The notes beneath the pieces are model-generated. The model worked only from the letters and a program-made list of their open reading frames with translations. It did no database searches and had not been told where the DNA came from. A stretch of DNA of 64,000 bases. Source: Bacillota bacterium (lineage in GTDB: Bacteria > Bacillota > Clostridia > Saccharofermentanales > Fastidiosipilaceae). The position numbers and the translations under genes are program-made. Shown piece by piece: positions 44,993-53,973 of the stretch (position 1 is the first letter of the stretch; every line of letters starts with the position of its first letter). Location of the stretch: contig JAEWGG010000033.1 in NCBI GenBank assembly GCA_023388435.1, positions 29,623-93,622 of the forward strand. Reading direction: 5' to 3'.

Positions 44993-46333
44993 ATGCTGCA
45001 TTTCGTCGAGAAGAATTGCCGTCCCTTCCTCGCTGAGGGTGAGGCCGAAAGAATTGAGGCCCAGGCCGAGGCGGCCCGCCAGACCCTGCTCTCCGGCAGC
45101 GGCTACGGCAGCGATTATCTGGGCTGGCTCAGACTGCCTGAGAACTATGATCGGGAGGAATTTGACCGTATTTTAAAGGCGGCGGAAAAAATTCGTAGGG
45201 ACAGCCAGCTCCTCGTCGTCGTCGGCATTGGCGGCTCTTATCTGGGAGCCCGGGCGGTCATCGACAGCCTGAGCTCTCCCTTTGCCAGTCTGAAGAAGGC
45301 TGCCGGAGGCTGCCAGGTCGTCTATGCCGGAAATCAGATGAGTGCCAGCTACCTCCGGGAACTGATGTCCGTCCTGGACGACTATGAGGTCTCTGTCAAT
45401 GTGATTTCCAAGTCTGGAACCACAACTGAGCCTGCCATCGCCTTCCGCATTCTCAAGAACTATATGGAGCAGCGCTATGGCCGCGAGGAGGCGGCCCGCC
45501 GCATCTACGCCACCACGGACCAGGCCCGTGGTGCCCTCCTGGGTCTGGCAAAAGAGGAGGGTTATGAGCGCTTCGTTGTGCCTGATGATGTCGGCGGTCG
45601 CTATTCCGTGCTCACCGCAGTTGGCCTCCTGCCCATCGCCGCGGCCGGTCTGGACATTGAGGCCCTGATGGCGGGGGCGGCCGAAGAGGCCCGGCAGCTG
45701 CTTAATACTGGGGGCCTGGACAATCCCGCCCTCCGCTACGCCGTCTGCCGCAACCTCCTGCACCGCAGGGGCTATAGCACGGAGATCCTCGTCAACTACG
45801 AGCCCGCTCTACACTACATAAGCGAATGGTGGAAGCAGCTCTACGGGGAGTCCGAGGGCAAGGACGGGAAGGGAATCTTTCCCGCAGCAGTGGACAACAG
45901 CACAGATCTTCACTCCATGGGACAGTACATCCAAGACGGTCGCCGCCAGCTCTTCGAGACCGTCTTGCGCCTGCGGGAGGCCCGGGATTCGTACAGCATC
46001 CCTGAGGATCCGCGCAATCTGGACGGGCTGAACTTCCTGGCAGGTATGGATCTGGCCAAGGTCAATGAGAAGGCCCTTGAGGGTACCGTCCTGGCCCATG
46101 TGGACGGCGGTGTACCCAACATGGAGCTGCAGCTGGAGCAACTTGACGAGCGGCATCTGGGAGCGCTGATCTACTTCTTCGAATTCGCCTGCGGTGTCTC
46201 GGCCTATCTGAACGGGATCAACCCCTTCGACCAGCCGGGTGTTGAGGCCTATAAGCGCAACATGTTTGCCTTGCTGGGGAAGCCTGGCTATGAGGAAGAG
46301 AGAAAAGTGCTGGAGGCCCGTCTAAATGGCTGA
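44993..46333 (+). CDS. pgi: glucose-6-phosphate isomerase (Firmicute ~450-aa type)
   Basis: [36 protein letters not shown] and [10 protein letters not shown] motifs. ATG 44993 follows GGAGGTG. Confidence 0.9.
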   Translation: MLHFVEKNCRPFLAEGEAERIEAQAEAARQTLLSGSGYGSDYLGWLRLPENYDREEFDRILKAAEKIRRDSQLLVVVGIGGSYLGARAVIDSLSSPFASLKKAAGGCQVVYAGNQMSASYLRELMSVLDDYEVSVNVISKSGTTTEPAIAFRILKNYMEQRYGREEAARRIYATTDQARGALLGLAKEEGYERFVVPDDVGGRYSVLTAVGLLPIAAAGLDIEALMAGAAEEARQLLNTGGLDNPALRYAVCRNLLHRRGYSTEILVNYEPALHYISEWWKQLYGESEGKDGKGIFPAAVDNSTDLHSMGQYIQDGRRQLFETVLRLREARDSYSIPEDPRNLDGLNFLAGMDLAKVNEKALEGTVLAHVDGGVPNMELQLEQLDERHLGALIYFFEFACGVSAYLNGINPFDQPGVEAYKRNMFALLGKPGYEEERKVLEARLNG

Positions 46334-47321
46334 GGCCGAGTTCGGGACGAGCCCGCGCAGGGCCTTTTCTGAGCGTCTGACCCAGGCTGGCTTCAGCTGT
46401 CTGAAGCGCCTGGGTCAGAATTTCTTGTATGAGCCTGAGATTCTGGAGGGGCTGGTTCACAGAGCTGGCATCTCGGAGGGGGACTGGGTTCTGGAGATCG
46501 GCGCGGGGGCGGGGACCTTTACTGCGGCCCTGGCCAAGGCGGTAGGGGCGGACGGCCTCGTGCTCAGTTACGAGATTGACGGACGCCTGGATTCTCTGCT
46601 CCGGGAGGTCCAGGAGGCCCAGCCGCAGGTCGAGCTCATCATGGCCAACGCCCTGGAGGCGGACTTCCAGGCCGACATCTGGGCGGCAGCCCGGAGTCGC
46701 GGCCTTGCCGCGCCGACTGGGGTGCTTCGGGTGGCGGCCAATGTGCCCTATTACGTCAGTTCGAAAATCATCCGCAGCTGTCTGGCCCAGCTCCCGGAGG
46801 CCAGGAGCTACAGTTTTTTGCTGGACTCGGCGATGGCGGAGCGCCTCCTGGCGCAGGCGGGAAAAGGCAAGGCCTACGGGCCCCTCGCCGTTTTTATCAC
46901 CCTGCAGGGCCGCATTGAAAAACGCTGGCGACTTTCCCCGAAGTGTTTTTATCCCGCCCCCCAGGTCGATTCACTACTCTTTCATATTGAATCCTATAAG
47001 CCTGGTGAGCTGGAGCCGGAACGTGAGCAGCTGAGGCTGGCTCTGAGGCGGAATTGGCAGGCTTTTCAGCTTTTTGTCGACAGCCTCTTTCGCCAGCGGC
47101 GCAAGCAGTTAGAGGGGGTCCTATCCCGCATGGGAGATTCGGATCAGGAGGCGGGTCCGGGGACGAGAAGCCTGTCTGAACTCTTGGCGGGCCTGGGACT
47201 CAGTGGCCGCGAAAGGGCGGAGGACCTGGATCCCTGGCGTCTGGCGAGCTTATATCTGGCCTGGACTGGCGAATCTGGATGGCCTGATAAAAGTGGATTA
47301 ATTGAGAAAAATAAAAACTAG
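46326..47321 (+). CDS. rsmA: 16S rRNA (adenine1518/1519-N6)-dimethyltransferase RsmA/KsgA
   Basis: [18 protein letters not shown] motif [15 protein letters not shown] and ANVPYYVSS. Start overlaps the pgi stop. Confidence 0.85.
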   Translation: MAEAEFGTSPRRAFSERLTQAGFSCLKRLGQNFLYEPEILEGLVHRAGISEGDWVLEIGAGAGTFTAALAKAVGADGLVLSYEIDGRLDSLLREVQEAQPQVELIMANALEADFQADIWAAARSRGLAAPTGVLRVAANVPYYVSSKIIRSCLAQLPEARSYSFLLDSAMAERLLAQAGKGKAYGPLAVFITLQGRIEKRWRLSPKCFYPAPQVDSLLFHIESYKPGELEPEREQLRLALRRNWQAFQLFVDSLFRQRRKQLEGVLSRMGDSDQEAGPGTRSLSELLAGLGLSGRERAEDLDPWRLASLYLAWTGESGWPDKSGLIEKNKN

Positions 47322-47406
47322 CACAGAGATTTATATAGAACACAGTTGAAGTCTTGTTGAAGCCGACCGCATCCACTCTTTGCAATTGGAGAGCAGCGAA
47401 GTGATT

Positions 47407-47440
47407 AAAAAAGGCAGAGACCCTGACAGGTCCCTGCCTT
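47407..47440 (-). terminator. rho-independent terminator of ssrA
   Basis: Minus strand AGGCAGGGAC-loop-GTCTCTGCCT followed by TTTTTT. Confidence 0.75.
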
Positions 47441-47445
47441 TAGTT

Positions 47446-47824
47446 TGGTGGAGATGAGGAGAGTCGAACTCCTGTCCAGAATCGTGTCCGCCGAACGTTC
47501 TCCGGGTGCAGTATGTGTTAGAAGTATTCCTCTTGGTACGGAGGCCACACACCGCCTTGTACCGCCAGTAGCTTCATGAATGAGCCAGAACCGCAAAGCT
47601 TAGGCCCCAGCTGTCTCCGCTTAACCTCCGACGGAGCAGGTCTGCAGTTGACGTCCGACTGTCCTATGGCAGATCACAGAACCGGACGGGAGGCTGTTTA
47701 AGCAGCCGCCAAAGCGTAATTATCGTTGGCAATTACTTGCTCTTGCGCGTTTTTTAAGTGGCCAACGCGCATCCACTACCCGCTTATTCGACCTCGACAA
47801 CCCTGTCGAAACCAGTACATCCCC
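47446..47824 (-). ncRNA. ssrA: tmRNA (SsrA), tag peptide ANDNYALAAA
   Basis: Minus-strand 5' end GGGGATGTACTGGTTTCGACAGGG pairs with the 3' end ...GGACAGGAGTTCGACTCTCCTCATCTCCACCA (tRNA-Ala-like, G3:U70). Tag frame GCC AAC GAT AAT TAC GCT TTG GCG GCT GCT TAA at 47698-47730. Confidence 0.92.
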
Positions 47825-47916
47825 CTGTATTACGCTTGCCCACTTAATATATAATATATTCTTTTAAAAGACAAGTTTGACGCATGAGAGCCCCTGTTTC
47901 TGAGGGCGGAGGAACG

Positions 47917-49233
47917 ATGGACATACAAGAGCGCTGGGGCATTGACCCCAATCTGTGGGCCCTGGCCTGGGAGGTGGAGCAGGCCCTGGAAAAAGAGGGA
48001 ATCTGGCCCCGCATTCGCCAGATTCGTGAGACGAATCAGCTGAGACTGCTCCACGCCTTTCGGGAGGCCAAGATCAGTGAAGCGGGCTTCAATTACCCGA
48101 CGGGCTACGGCTACGATGATCTGGGGCGGGAGCGGCTGGAACAGGCCTTTGCGGCACTGATGGGGGCGGAGCAGGCCCTCTTGCGCGTTCAGCTGAGTTC
48201 GGGGACGGAGGCCCTGGCGACGGCCCTGTTTGGTGTTCTGCGACCAGGGGATTTCATACTTTCGCTGACCGGCCTGCCCTACGATACTCTCTACGCGACC
48301 ATCGGTCTCGACGCCGAGGGGAGGAGCTGTCGCTCGGCGGACAACCAGGGCTCCCTGGCGGACTTCGACATAGGTTTTGAGCAGCTGCCCCTCCTGGACT
48401 CAGGGGAACTGGATATGCAGGGTTTTGAAGCCTGGTTGGAGGCGCGCAGGGCCGCGGGACTGAGCCTGCCAAGACTCTTGTACTTCCAGCGTTCCCGCGG
48501 CTACAGTGGTCGCCGGGCCCTGCTGCGCGCAGATCTGCAGCCGGCCCTGGCCCGCTGTCACCAGCTGCTGCCCGAGGCCATCTGTTTCGTGGACAACTGC
48601 TACGGTGAGTTCACGGATACGGAGGAGCCTGGACATTGGGGGGCGGATCTGATGGCAGGTTCGCTGATTAAGAATCCAGGAGGTGGCCTGGCTCCCAGTG
48701 GTGGCTATATCTGTGGCCGGGCGGACCTGGTCCAACAGGCTGCAGGACGGATGACGGCCCCTGGCGTGGGGGCGGAGATCGGCCCCTCGCTGGGCTTCAA
48801 CCGCATCCTGACTCAGGGCCTCTATCTCGCGCCGCACGTGGTGGGCGAGTGTCTGCTGGGACTTACTTTTGCCGCCCGCTTCTGTGAGGAACTGGGCTTT
48901 GCCACAGCGCCGCTGGCGGAGGAGCGCAGGGGAGATATCATTCAGACCTTTTGCTTCCCGACGGCTGAGGCCATGGTTCAGTTCTGCCAGTCTGTGCAGG
49001 CGGCCTCCCCGGTTGACAGCTTTGCGAGGCCCCTTCCGGCCCCCCTGCCCGGCTATCGGGATGAGGTGATCATGGCGGCGGGGACCTTCGTCCAGGGGGC
49101 GTCCATAGAGCTCTCGGCAGATGGCCCGGTCTGTCCCCCTTACAGGGTCTATGTACAGGGCGGATTGGTCTACGAGCAGCTGAAATTGGCCTTTCTCCTG
49201 GCCCTGGGTCAGAGCGGGCCCTACGCGTCCTAG
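47917..49233 (+). CDS. YnbB / 'aluminium resistance' family PLP enzyme (Met_gamma_lyase-like)
   Basis: FREAKISEAGFNYPTGYGYDDLGRERLEQAFA, CFVDNCYGEF and GSLIKNPGGGLAPSGGY match this family. Confidence 0.8.
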   Translation: MDIQERWGIDPNLWALAWEVEQALEKEGIWPRIRQIRETNQLRLLHAFREAKISEAGFNYPTGYGYDDLGRERLEQAFAALMGAEQALLRVQLSSGTEALATALFGVLRPGDFILSLTGLPYDTLYATIGLDAEGRSCRSADNQGSLADFDIGFEQLPLLDSGELDMQGFEAWLEARRAAGLSLPRLLYFQRSRGYSGRRALLRADLQPALARCHQLLPEAICFVDNCYGEFTDTEEPGHWGADLMAGSLIKNPGGGLAPSGGYICGRADLVQQAAGRMTAPGVGAEIGPSLGFNRILTQGLYLAPHVVGECLLGLTFAARFCEELGFATAPLAEERRGDIIQTFCFPTAEAMVQFCQSVQAASPVDSFARPLPAPLPGYRDEVIMAAGTFVQGASIELSADGPVCPPYRVYVQGGLVYEQLKLAFLLALGQSGPYAS

Positions 49234-49318
49234 CAGGGACGCCTGCGCCCGGTGGGAGGGGGGCGGAGAGAAACGCTATAATTAACAGAAATGAGCACTA
49301 ACGGGGGCTGGTGAATAT

Positions 49319-50968
49319 ATGGCAAAAGATGAGCGAGATACGCAGGATTTGGGTACCAATTTTCGCACTCGCCTCGATCAGACAATAAGACAGACGGCGA
49401 AGGAGCGCCTGGAGACAGGGGCCGAGGACTATGTGCAGACCGAGATGGAGCGGGCCAGAGCCCAGCTGCAGGCCTTTATTGAGCAGCAGGCTCCGGAGTT
49501 GGAGGCCAAGCAGCGGGAGTTCGAGGAAACCCGGGAGGAGCGCGCCCGCCAGCGGGAAGTCCTGGAGGCCAGCTTGCAGTCTGAGAGGGAGCAGAGGCAG
49601 CAGGAGGCCGCCGGGGCCCGAGGCACTGTGACGCGCGAAGACAGGGCCCGCCAGGCGGCTCCGCGCCGCCTACAGGCACTGGAGCGCCGGCGCTACCGAA
49701 GCCGGGCGGCCGTCCTGCTGGGCCTGACCCTCATTCTGGGTCTGCTTTCCTCCTCCGTCCTCCATTTTTACGCCCAACCGCGCAGTGCCGAACCGCGTTT
49801 TCGCTTTTTTAGCCAGGACCTGCTGGCGGAGCAGTACCCGATTCGCGGCCTGATTGTCCGTGATGAGACGGTCTATGCGTCGCCCCTGGTGGGCATAGCC
49901 CGGCCCCTGCAGACAGAGGGGAGCAAGGTGGCGGTGGGAGAGTCCATGGCCATGCTCCTCAACCCGCGTCTGCAGCTGGTCTATGAGAAATGGACGGAGG
50001 TGGCCCGGGCCCAGGCGGAGCGCCGTCTGGAACTCTTGAACAGCGGTGTGGACAGCGCTGCGGTGGAGGAGAGCTACAAGCACAGCGAGCAGGAGATCCG
50101 CCCCTGGATCGACCTCCTGCGCCAGGATGCCCGCTCGGCGAACCTGCGCCACGCGGCCTCGGTGCACCGCTCCATTGAGGCGGTCCTCTATCGGCGCAAC
50201 CAGGAGCTGAGCCACAGTGACTTTCACGATCCTGTTCTGGAGCAGCTGAGCCGCAGCGCGCGGACCCTGGAGGAGCAGCTGGCCTCCTTGTCCACCCAGG
50301 CCCAGGCCTCGGACTCGGGCTATATTTCCTTCATGATGGATGGGCAGGAAGAGCGGCTGACTCCTGACTTCCTGGAAAACATCAGCGGGGTGGAGTTGGA
50401 GCAGCTCTACGCCCAGGGCAACCAGTATTACAACATCTCGCGCAATCTCAGCGAGGGCCAGCCCGTGTACCGCATCTCCCACGGCCCAAACCACTACTTC
50501 GCCCTGTACAGCGACCAGCTTCCGGCCTGGGCCGAGGAGGAGCGTCCAAGCATCTTTTCCCTCTATCTTCCTCAGGCAAAAGTTACGGTGGAGAACTGTG
50601 TTCTTCAGTCCTATCACTACAACGAGAAGACGGGGCGCAGCATACTGGTCTGCCGCAGTGACAGCCAGGTCGCGGAACTCCTGGACCAGCGTGTGCTGAG
50701 CGGCTTCCTGGTGACGGGCCACAGCTATGGTTATCGCGTGCCGCTCTCGGCTCTGACTGGCCTGCGCGCTACGGAGCAGGGACAGGAGGCCCGAATCATG
50801 GTGGTATCCCAGGGGCGGACCAGCTACGTGGACGTGCGCATTGTGGCTACGGATGAGACTTTTGCCACCATCGAGGCCCTCGATAAAGAGGGGCGGAGCA
50901 TGATCACGGAAGGAGGCGTCTATGTCGAGAACCCCGAATATGTCCAGGCTGGGATCAGCATCGGCTGA
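49319..50968 (+). CDS. bitopic membrane protein: charged coiled-coil N-terminus, one TM, HlyD-like barrel-sandwich ectodomain
   Basis: ~125-aa Glu/Arg/Gln-rich N-terminus, TM AAVLLGLTLILGLLSSSVL, then IRGLIVRDETVYASPLVGIARPLQTEGSKVAVGESMAML reminiscent of lipoyl-like HlyD hairpins. No firm family call. Confidence 0.5.
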   Translation: MAKDERDTQDLGTNFRTRLDQTIRQTAKERLETGAEDYVQTEMERARAQLQAFIEQQAPELEAKQREFEETREERARQREVLEASLQSEREQRQQEAAGARGTVTREDRARQAAPRRLQALERRRYRSRAAVLLGLTLILGLLSSSVLHFYAQPRSAEPRFRFFSQDLLAEQYPIRGLIVRDETVYASPLVGIARPLQTEGSKVAVGESMAMLLNPRLQLVYEKWTEVARAQAERRLELLNSGVDSAAVEESYKHSEQEIRPWIDLLRQDARSANLRHAASVHRSIEAVLYRRNQELSHSDFHDPVLEQLSRSARTLEEQLASLSTQAQASDSGYISFMMDGQEERLTPDFLENISGVELEQLYAQGNQYYNISRNLSEGQPVYRISHGPNHYFALYSDQLPAWAEEERPSIFSLYLPQAKVTVENCVLQSYHYNEKTGRSILVCRSDSQVAELLDQRVLSGFLVTGHSYGYRVPLSALTGLRATEQGQEARIMVVSQGRTSYVDVRIVATDETFATIEALDKEGRSMITEGGVYVENPEYVQAGISIG

Positions 50969-50981
50969 GCCTCGGGAACTC

Positions 50982-51698
50982 ATGGCCCAGCGCCTGGCGC
51001 AGATCCAGGCGGAGATGGACCAGGCCGCTTCCACTCGCCTGCTCCCCCCCGTTGAAGGGGCGGGGGAGACGGTGGAAATCCTGGCCGTCTCCAAGTATCG
51101 CAGTGTAGAGGAGATTGTCCAGGCTCGTGAACTGGGCCTCCGGCACTTCGGGGAGAACCGTCCGCAGGAAATCCGTGACAAGCTCCAGGACCCGCGGACC
51201 CAGGGCCTCAGCTTCGACTGCATCGGCCAGCTCCAGCGCAATAAGGTCAAGTATGTCATCGGGCGCTGTCGCCTCATCCAGTCCCTGGATCGGCTCAGCC
51301 TGGCCCAGGAGCTCTCCCTGCAGGCCTGCCGGCGAGACCTGGTCCAGGGCGTTCTCCTGGAACTCAATTATGCGGAGGAAGCCAGTAAGACCGGCTATGC
51401 TCCAGGGGCTCTGGAAAGGGACTGGGAGCAGCTCCTGGCCCTGCCCGGTCTGGAATTGCGCGGCCTCATGGCCCTGGCTCCCGCCCACTTCGACAGCGAG
51501 ACCTGTCAGCAGTACTTTCTCAATCTCCGCAAGTACTTCGAGGAGCTGCGGAGCCGTCTGGACCGCTGCGCCAGGGCCCAGAAGTTCAACTGCCTCTCCC
51601 TGGGGATGAGCCGTGACTACGTCCCCGCCATCCGCGCAGGCTCGACCTCGGTCCGCCTTGGCCAGGCCCTCTTCGGCCCGCGTCCGGGGACTTTTTGA
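50982..51698 (+). CDS. yggS: YggS/YlmE-family PLP-binding protein
   Basis: ILAVSKYRSVEEI (PLP lysine), HFGENRPQE, GQLQRNKVKY and LSLGMSRDY motifs. Adjacent to sepF. Confidence 0.9.
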   Translation: MAQRLAQIQAEMDQAASTRLLPPVEGAGETVEILAVSKYRSVEEIVQARELGLRHFGENRPQEIRDKLQDPRTQGLSFDCIGQLQRNKVKYVIGRCRLIQSLDRLSLAQELSLQACRRDLVQGVLLELNYAEEASKTGYAPGALERDWEQLLALPGLELRGLMALAPAHFDSETCQQYFLNLRKYFEELRSRLDRCARAQKFNCLSLGMSRDYVPAIRAGSTSVRLGQALFGPRPGTF

Positions 51699-51831
51699 CA
51701 CTGTGCTGCAAGAATAGCCCTGTTCTGGTTACAGCGGGATTACACCTCTATTAATAGTCATGAAAAATCCTTGCGCTGCTCCCTTTTTATCGCTAATCTA
51801 CCGGAGTAAAGACAAACAACCGGAGGGACTT

Positions 51832-52302
51832 ATGGCAGCCTTTTTCAAGAACATGATGGAAAAATTCCGCAGCTATGATGAGGACGCGATGGACTATGGC
51901 TATGAGACGGCCCAGGAGCCCATCCAGGACCAGAGCGAGGAGCTGGGTTACAGCCTGAACCTGCATGAGGAACAGCTGCCCCTGGCCCAGGAGCGCAACA
52001 TGCGTGTGGTCGACGCCCGTCCCCAGCAGCAGATGGTCATCGTCTACCCCAATCAGGTGGACTCTGCGAAGGCCATTTCCAGTCATATCAAGGCTGGCCG
52101 TACGGTGATCTGCAACTTTGAAAAGTGTGAGCAGTTCCCGCCCCAGCGTATCCTGGATTTTATCAATGGCGCAGTCTTCGCCCTGGGTGGTCAGGTCCAG
52201 GCCCTGTCTGGTTCGATTTTCCTCGTCCTGCCCCAGTCCGTGTCCATCATGGACAATCCGCAGCAGACCCAGCAGAATCTGCCCTACGCCCGTCAGGCTT
52301 GA
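51832..52302 (+). CDS. sepF: cell division protein SepF
   Basis: C-terminal SepF core MVIVYPNQVDSAKAISSHIKAGRTVICNF...ILDFINGAVFALGGQVQALSGSIFLVLP. GGAGGG SD. Confidence 0.9.
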   Translation: MAAFFKNMMEKFRSYDEDAMDYGYETAQEPIQDQSEELGYSLNLHEEQLPLAQERNMRVVDARPQQQMVIVYPNQVDSAKAISSHIKAGRTVICNFEKCEQFPPQRILDFINGAVFALGGQVQALSGSIFLVLPQSVSIMDNPQQTQQNLPYARQA

Positions 52303-52366
52303 AGGGTCCGGCGACGCAGCCAGAAGGAGTAGCCAGCTAGGGCCTCCTTTATGAGCGCGATGTGGA

Positions 52367-52400
52367 AAAGAGAGGCGCCAGTCAGGCGACCTCTCTTTTT
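52367..52400 (+). terminator. rho-independent terminator after sepF
   Basis: AGAGAGGCGCC-AGTCA-GGCGACCTCTCT followed by TTTTT. Confidence 0.75.
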
Positions 52401-52435
52401 GTATCGTGCCGCTGCGATGAACAAAGGAGTAGTCT

Positions 52436-53206
52436 ATGTCCCCATTCACGATCGCCCCCTCCAGGCTGCCCTGGCGTAGCCTGGGCCTCGCCCTCCTCTC
52501 CCTGGCCTTCGTCCTCCTGCTCTGGGTCTTCCTCCTGCTGACGGCCCTGCGCTTCTGGTGCTTCCACCGGGACTATTACGCCCAGAGCTACGTGAAACTG
52601 CAGACGGCGGAGCGCATGGGGATAAAAGAGGAGGAATTAGAGGCGGCGACCACCCTCCTCCTAGATTATCTGAACGACCGACGCCAGGACCTGCAGCTGG
52701 ACCTGCAGAGGGGAAGTCGGCGGGAGCCCTTCTTCGGTCTGCGCGAGCAGGCCCACATGGTGGATGTCAAGCGCCTCTATCAGCAGGCCCTGTCCTGGCA
52801 GCTGGGCTCAGGCCTCGCCCTGCTCCCCCTGACAGCGGTCCTGCTCTACACGCGCTGGAGGCGCAGGGGACGGCCCAGCCGGGCGCACAGCTGGGGTCTG
52901 AGCTTTGCGCTGGGCCTCCTGGTCCTTGGCTTTGGCGCTGTCCTGGTCTATGCCCTGCTGGATTTTGAGAAGTTCTGGACCAGCTTTCACGAGCTCTTTT
53001 TCGACAATGATCTCTGGCTTTTGGACCCCGGTCGGGAGCGCCTGATTCAGATGGTGCCTGAGCCCTTTTTTTCCGGCCTGGTCCTGCGCATCGCCCTGAG
53101 TTTTATGCTGAGCCTCAGCCTGGTACTGGGACTTATGTCAAAAATCTACACGGTGCTGGCTGCGCCCTCCTGGCGGGAGCCTGTCTTTAGGAAGGAAGAA
53201 TCATGA
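52436..53206 (+). CDS. TIGR01906/DUF1461-family integral membrane protein (Lit-like)
   Basis: N-terminal TM, HMVDVKRLY, C-terminal FHELFFDNDLWLLDP...LIQMVPEPFF and further TMs match my memory of this family. Confidence 0.55.
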   Translation: MSPFTIAPSRLPWRSLGLALLSLAFVLLLWVFLLLTALRFWCFHRDYYAQSYVKLQTAERMGIKEEELEAATTLLLDYLNDRRQDLQLDLQRGSRREPFFGLREQAHMVDVKRLYQQALSWQLGSGLALLPLTAVLLYTRWRRRGRPSRAHSWGLSFALGLLVLGFGAVLVYALLDFEKFWTSFHELFFDNDLWLLDPGRERLIQMVPEPFFSGLVLRIALSFMLSLSLVLGLMSKIYTVLAAPSWREPVFRKEES

Positions 53207-53973
53207 AGCGAGAGATGAAGACCCAGGCCTGTATCTTCGACCTGGATGGGACCCTGGTTGACACCCTGGCTGACCTGGGGGCGGCTGTGAATCATGCCCT
53301 CCTGGGCCGTGGATACCTGCCTCTGGATCTGGAGCATTACAGGCATTTCGTGGGCCACGGAATCAGGAGACTCTGCGCCAGGTCTCTGGCGGCCAGCAGA
53401 GTTCTGGAAGCGCCGGAAAAGGCTGCCTGGCAAGGCGGCAAGGCCCCAGCGCCACAGGTCTGGAGAGCCCTGCCTGCACCTTACGCCGAGGCGGAGGATG
53501 AGGAGGCTGTTGAGGGGATCCTGGCGGACTTTTATGCCTACTATCAGGAGCACTGTCTGGATGCTTCAGCCCCCTATGCCGGAGTGTGTGAGGGCCTGCG
53601 GAGACTGGCGGGGCGAGGCCTGATTCTGGGGATTCTCTCCAACAAGGAGGAACGGCTCTGTAGGCACATTGTCTCTGAGCTCTTTCCCGATATTCCTTTC
53701 AGGAAAGTGGCTGGAATGCGCGAGGATTGTCCAGCGAAACCGAATCCCAGCCGGCTCCTGGCCTGGCTGAAGGACTGGGGGCTGGAGCCTGGGTCCTGCT
53801 GGCTGGTGGGGGACTCGGCGGTGGATGCCCAGACAGCCCAGCGTGCTGGCCTTCGCCAGGCTCTGGTGACCTGGGGCTTCAGTGCGGAGGAGGATCTGGC
53901 CCCGCTGGCTCAGGCCCAGGAGCTCTACCGCAGTCCTGAGGAGCTGTTTAAAGCTCTGGAGGCGGACTGCTGA
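53203..53973 (+). CDS. HAD-superfamily hydrolase, phosphoglycolate-phosphatase-like
   Basis: Motif I IFDLDGTLVDT, motif II LGILSNK and motif IV VGDSAVDAQTAQRAG. ATGA overlap with the upstream gene. ~45-aa insertion in the cap region. Confidence 0.8.
   Translation: MKREMKTQACIFDLDGTLVDTLADLGAAVNHALLGRGYLPLDLEHYRHFVGHGIRRLCARSLAASRVLEAPEKAAWQGGKAPAPQVWRALPAPYAEAEDEEAVEGILADFYAYYQEHCLDASAPYAGVCEGLRRLAGRGLILGILSNKEERLCRHIVSELFPDIPFRKVAGMREDCPAKPNPSRLLAWLKDWGLEPGSCWLVGDSAVDAQTAQRAGLRQALVTWGFSAEEDLAPLAQAQELYRSPEELFKALEADC

Noticed and set aside
49670-51367. 565-aa minus-strand ORF spanning the HlyD-like gene and yggS
   Set aside because: It crosses two plus-strand genes that have SDs, and yggS has family motifs. 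It has no motif content and is a GC shadow ORF.
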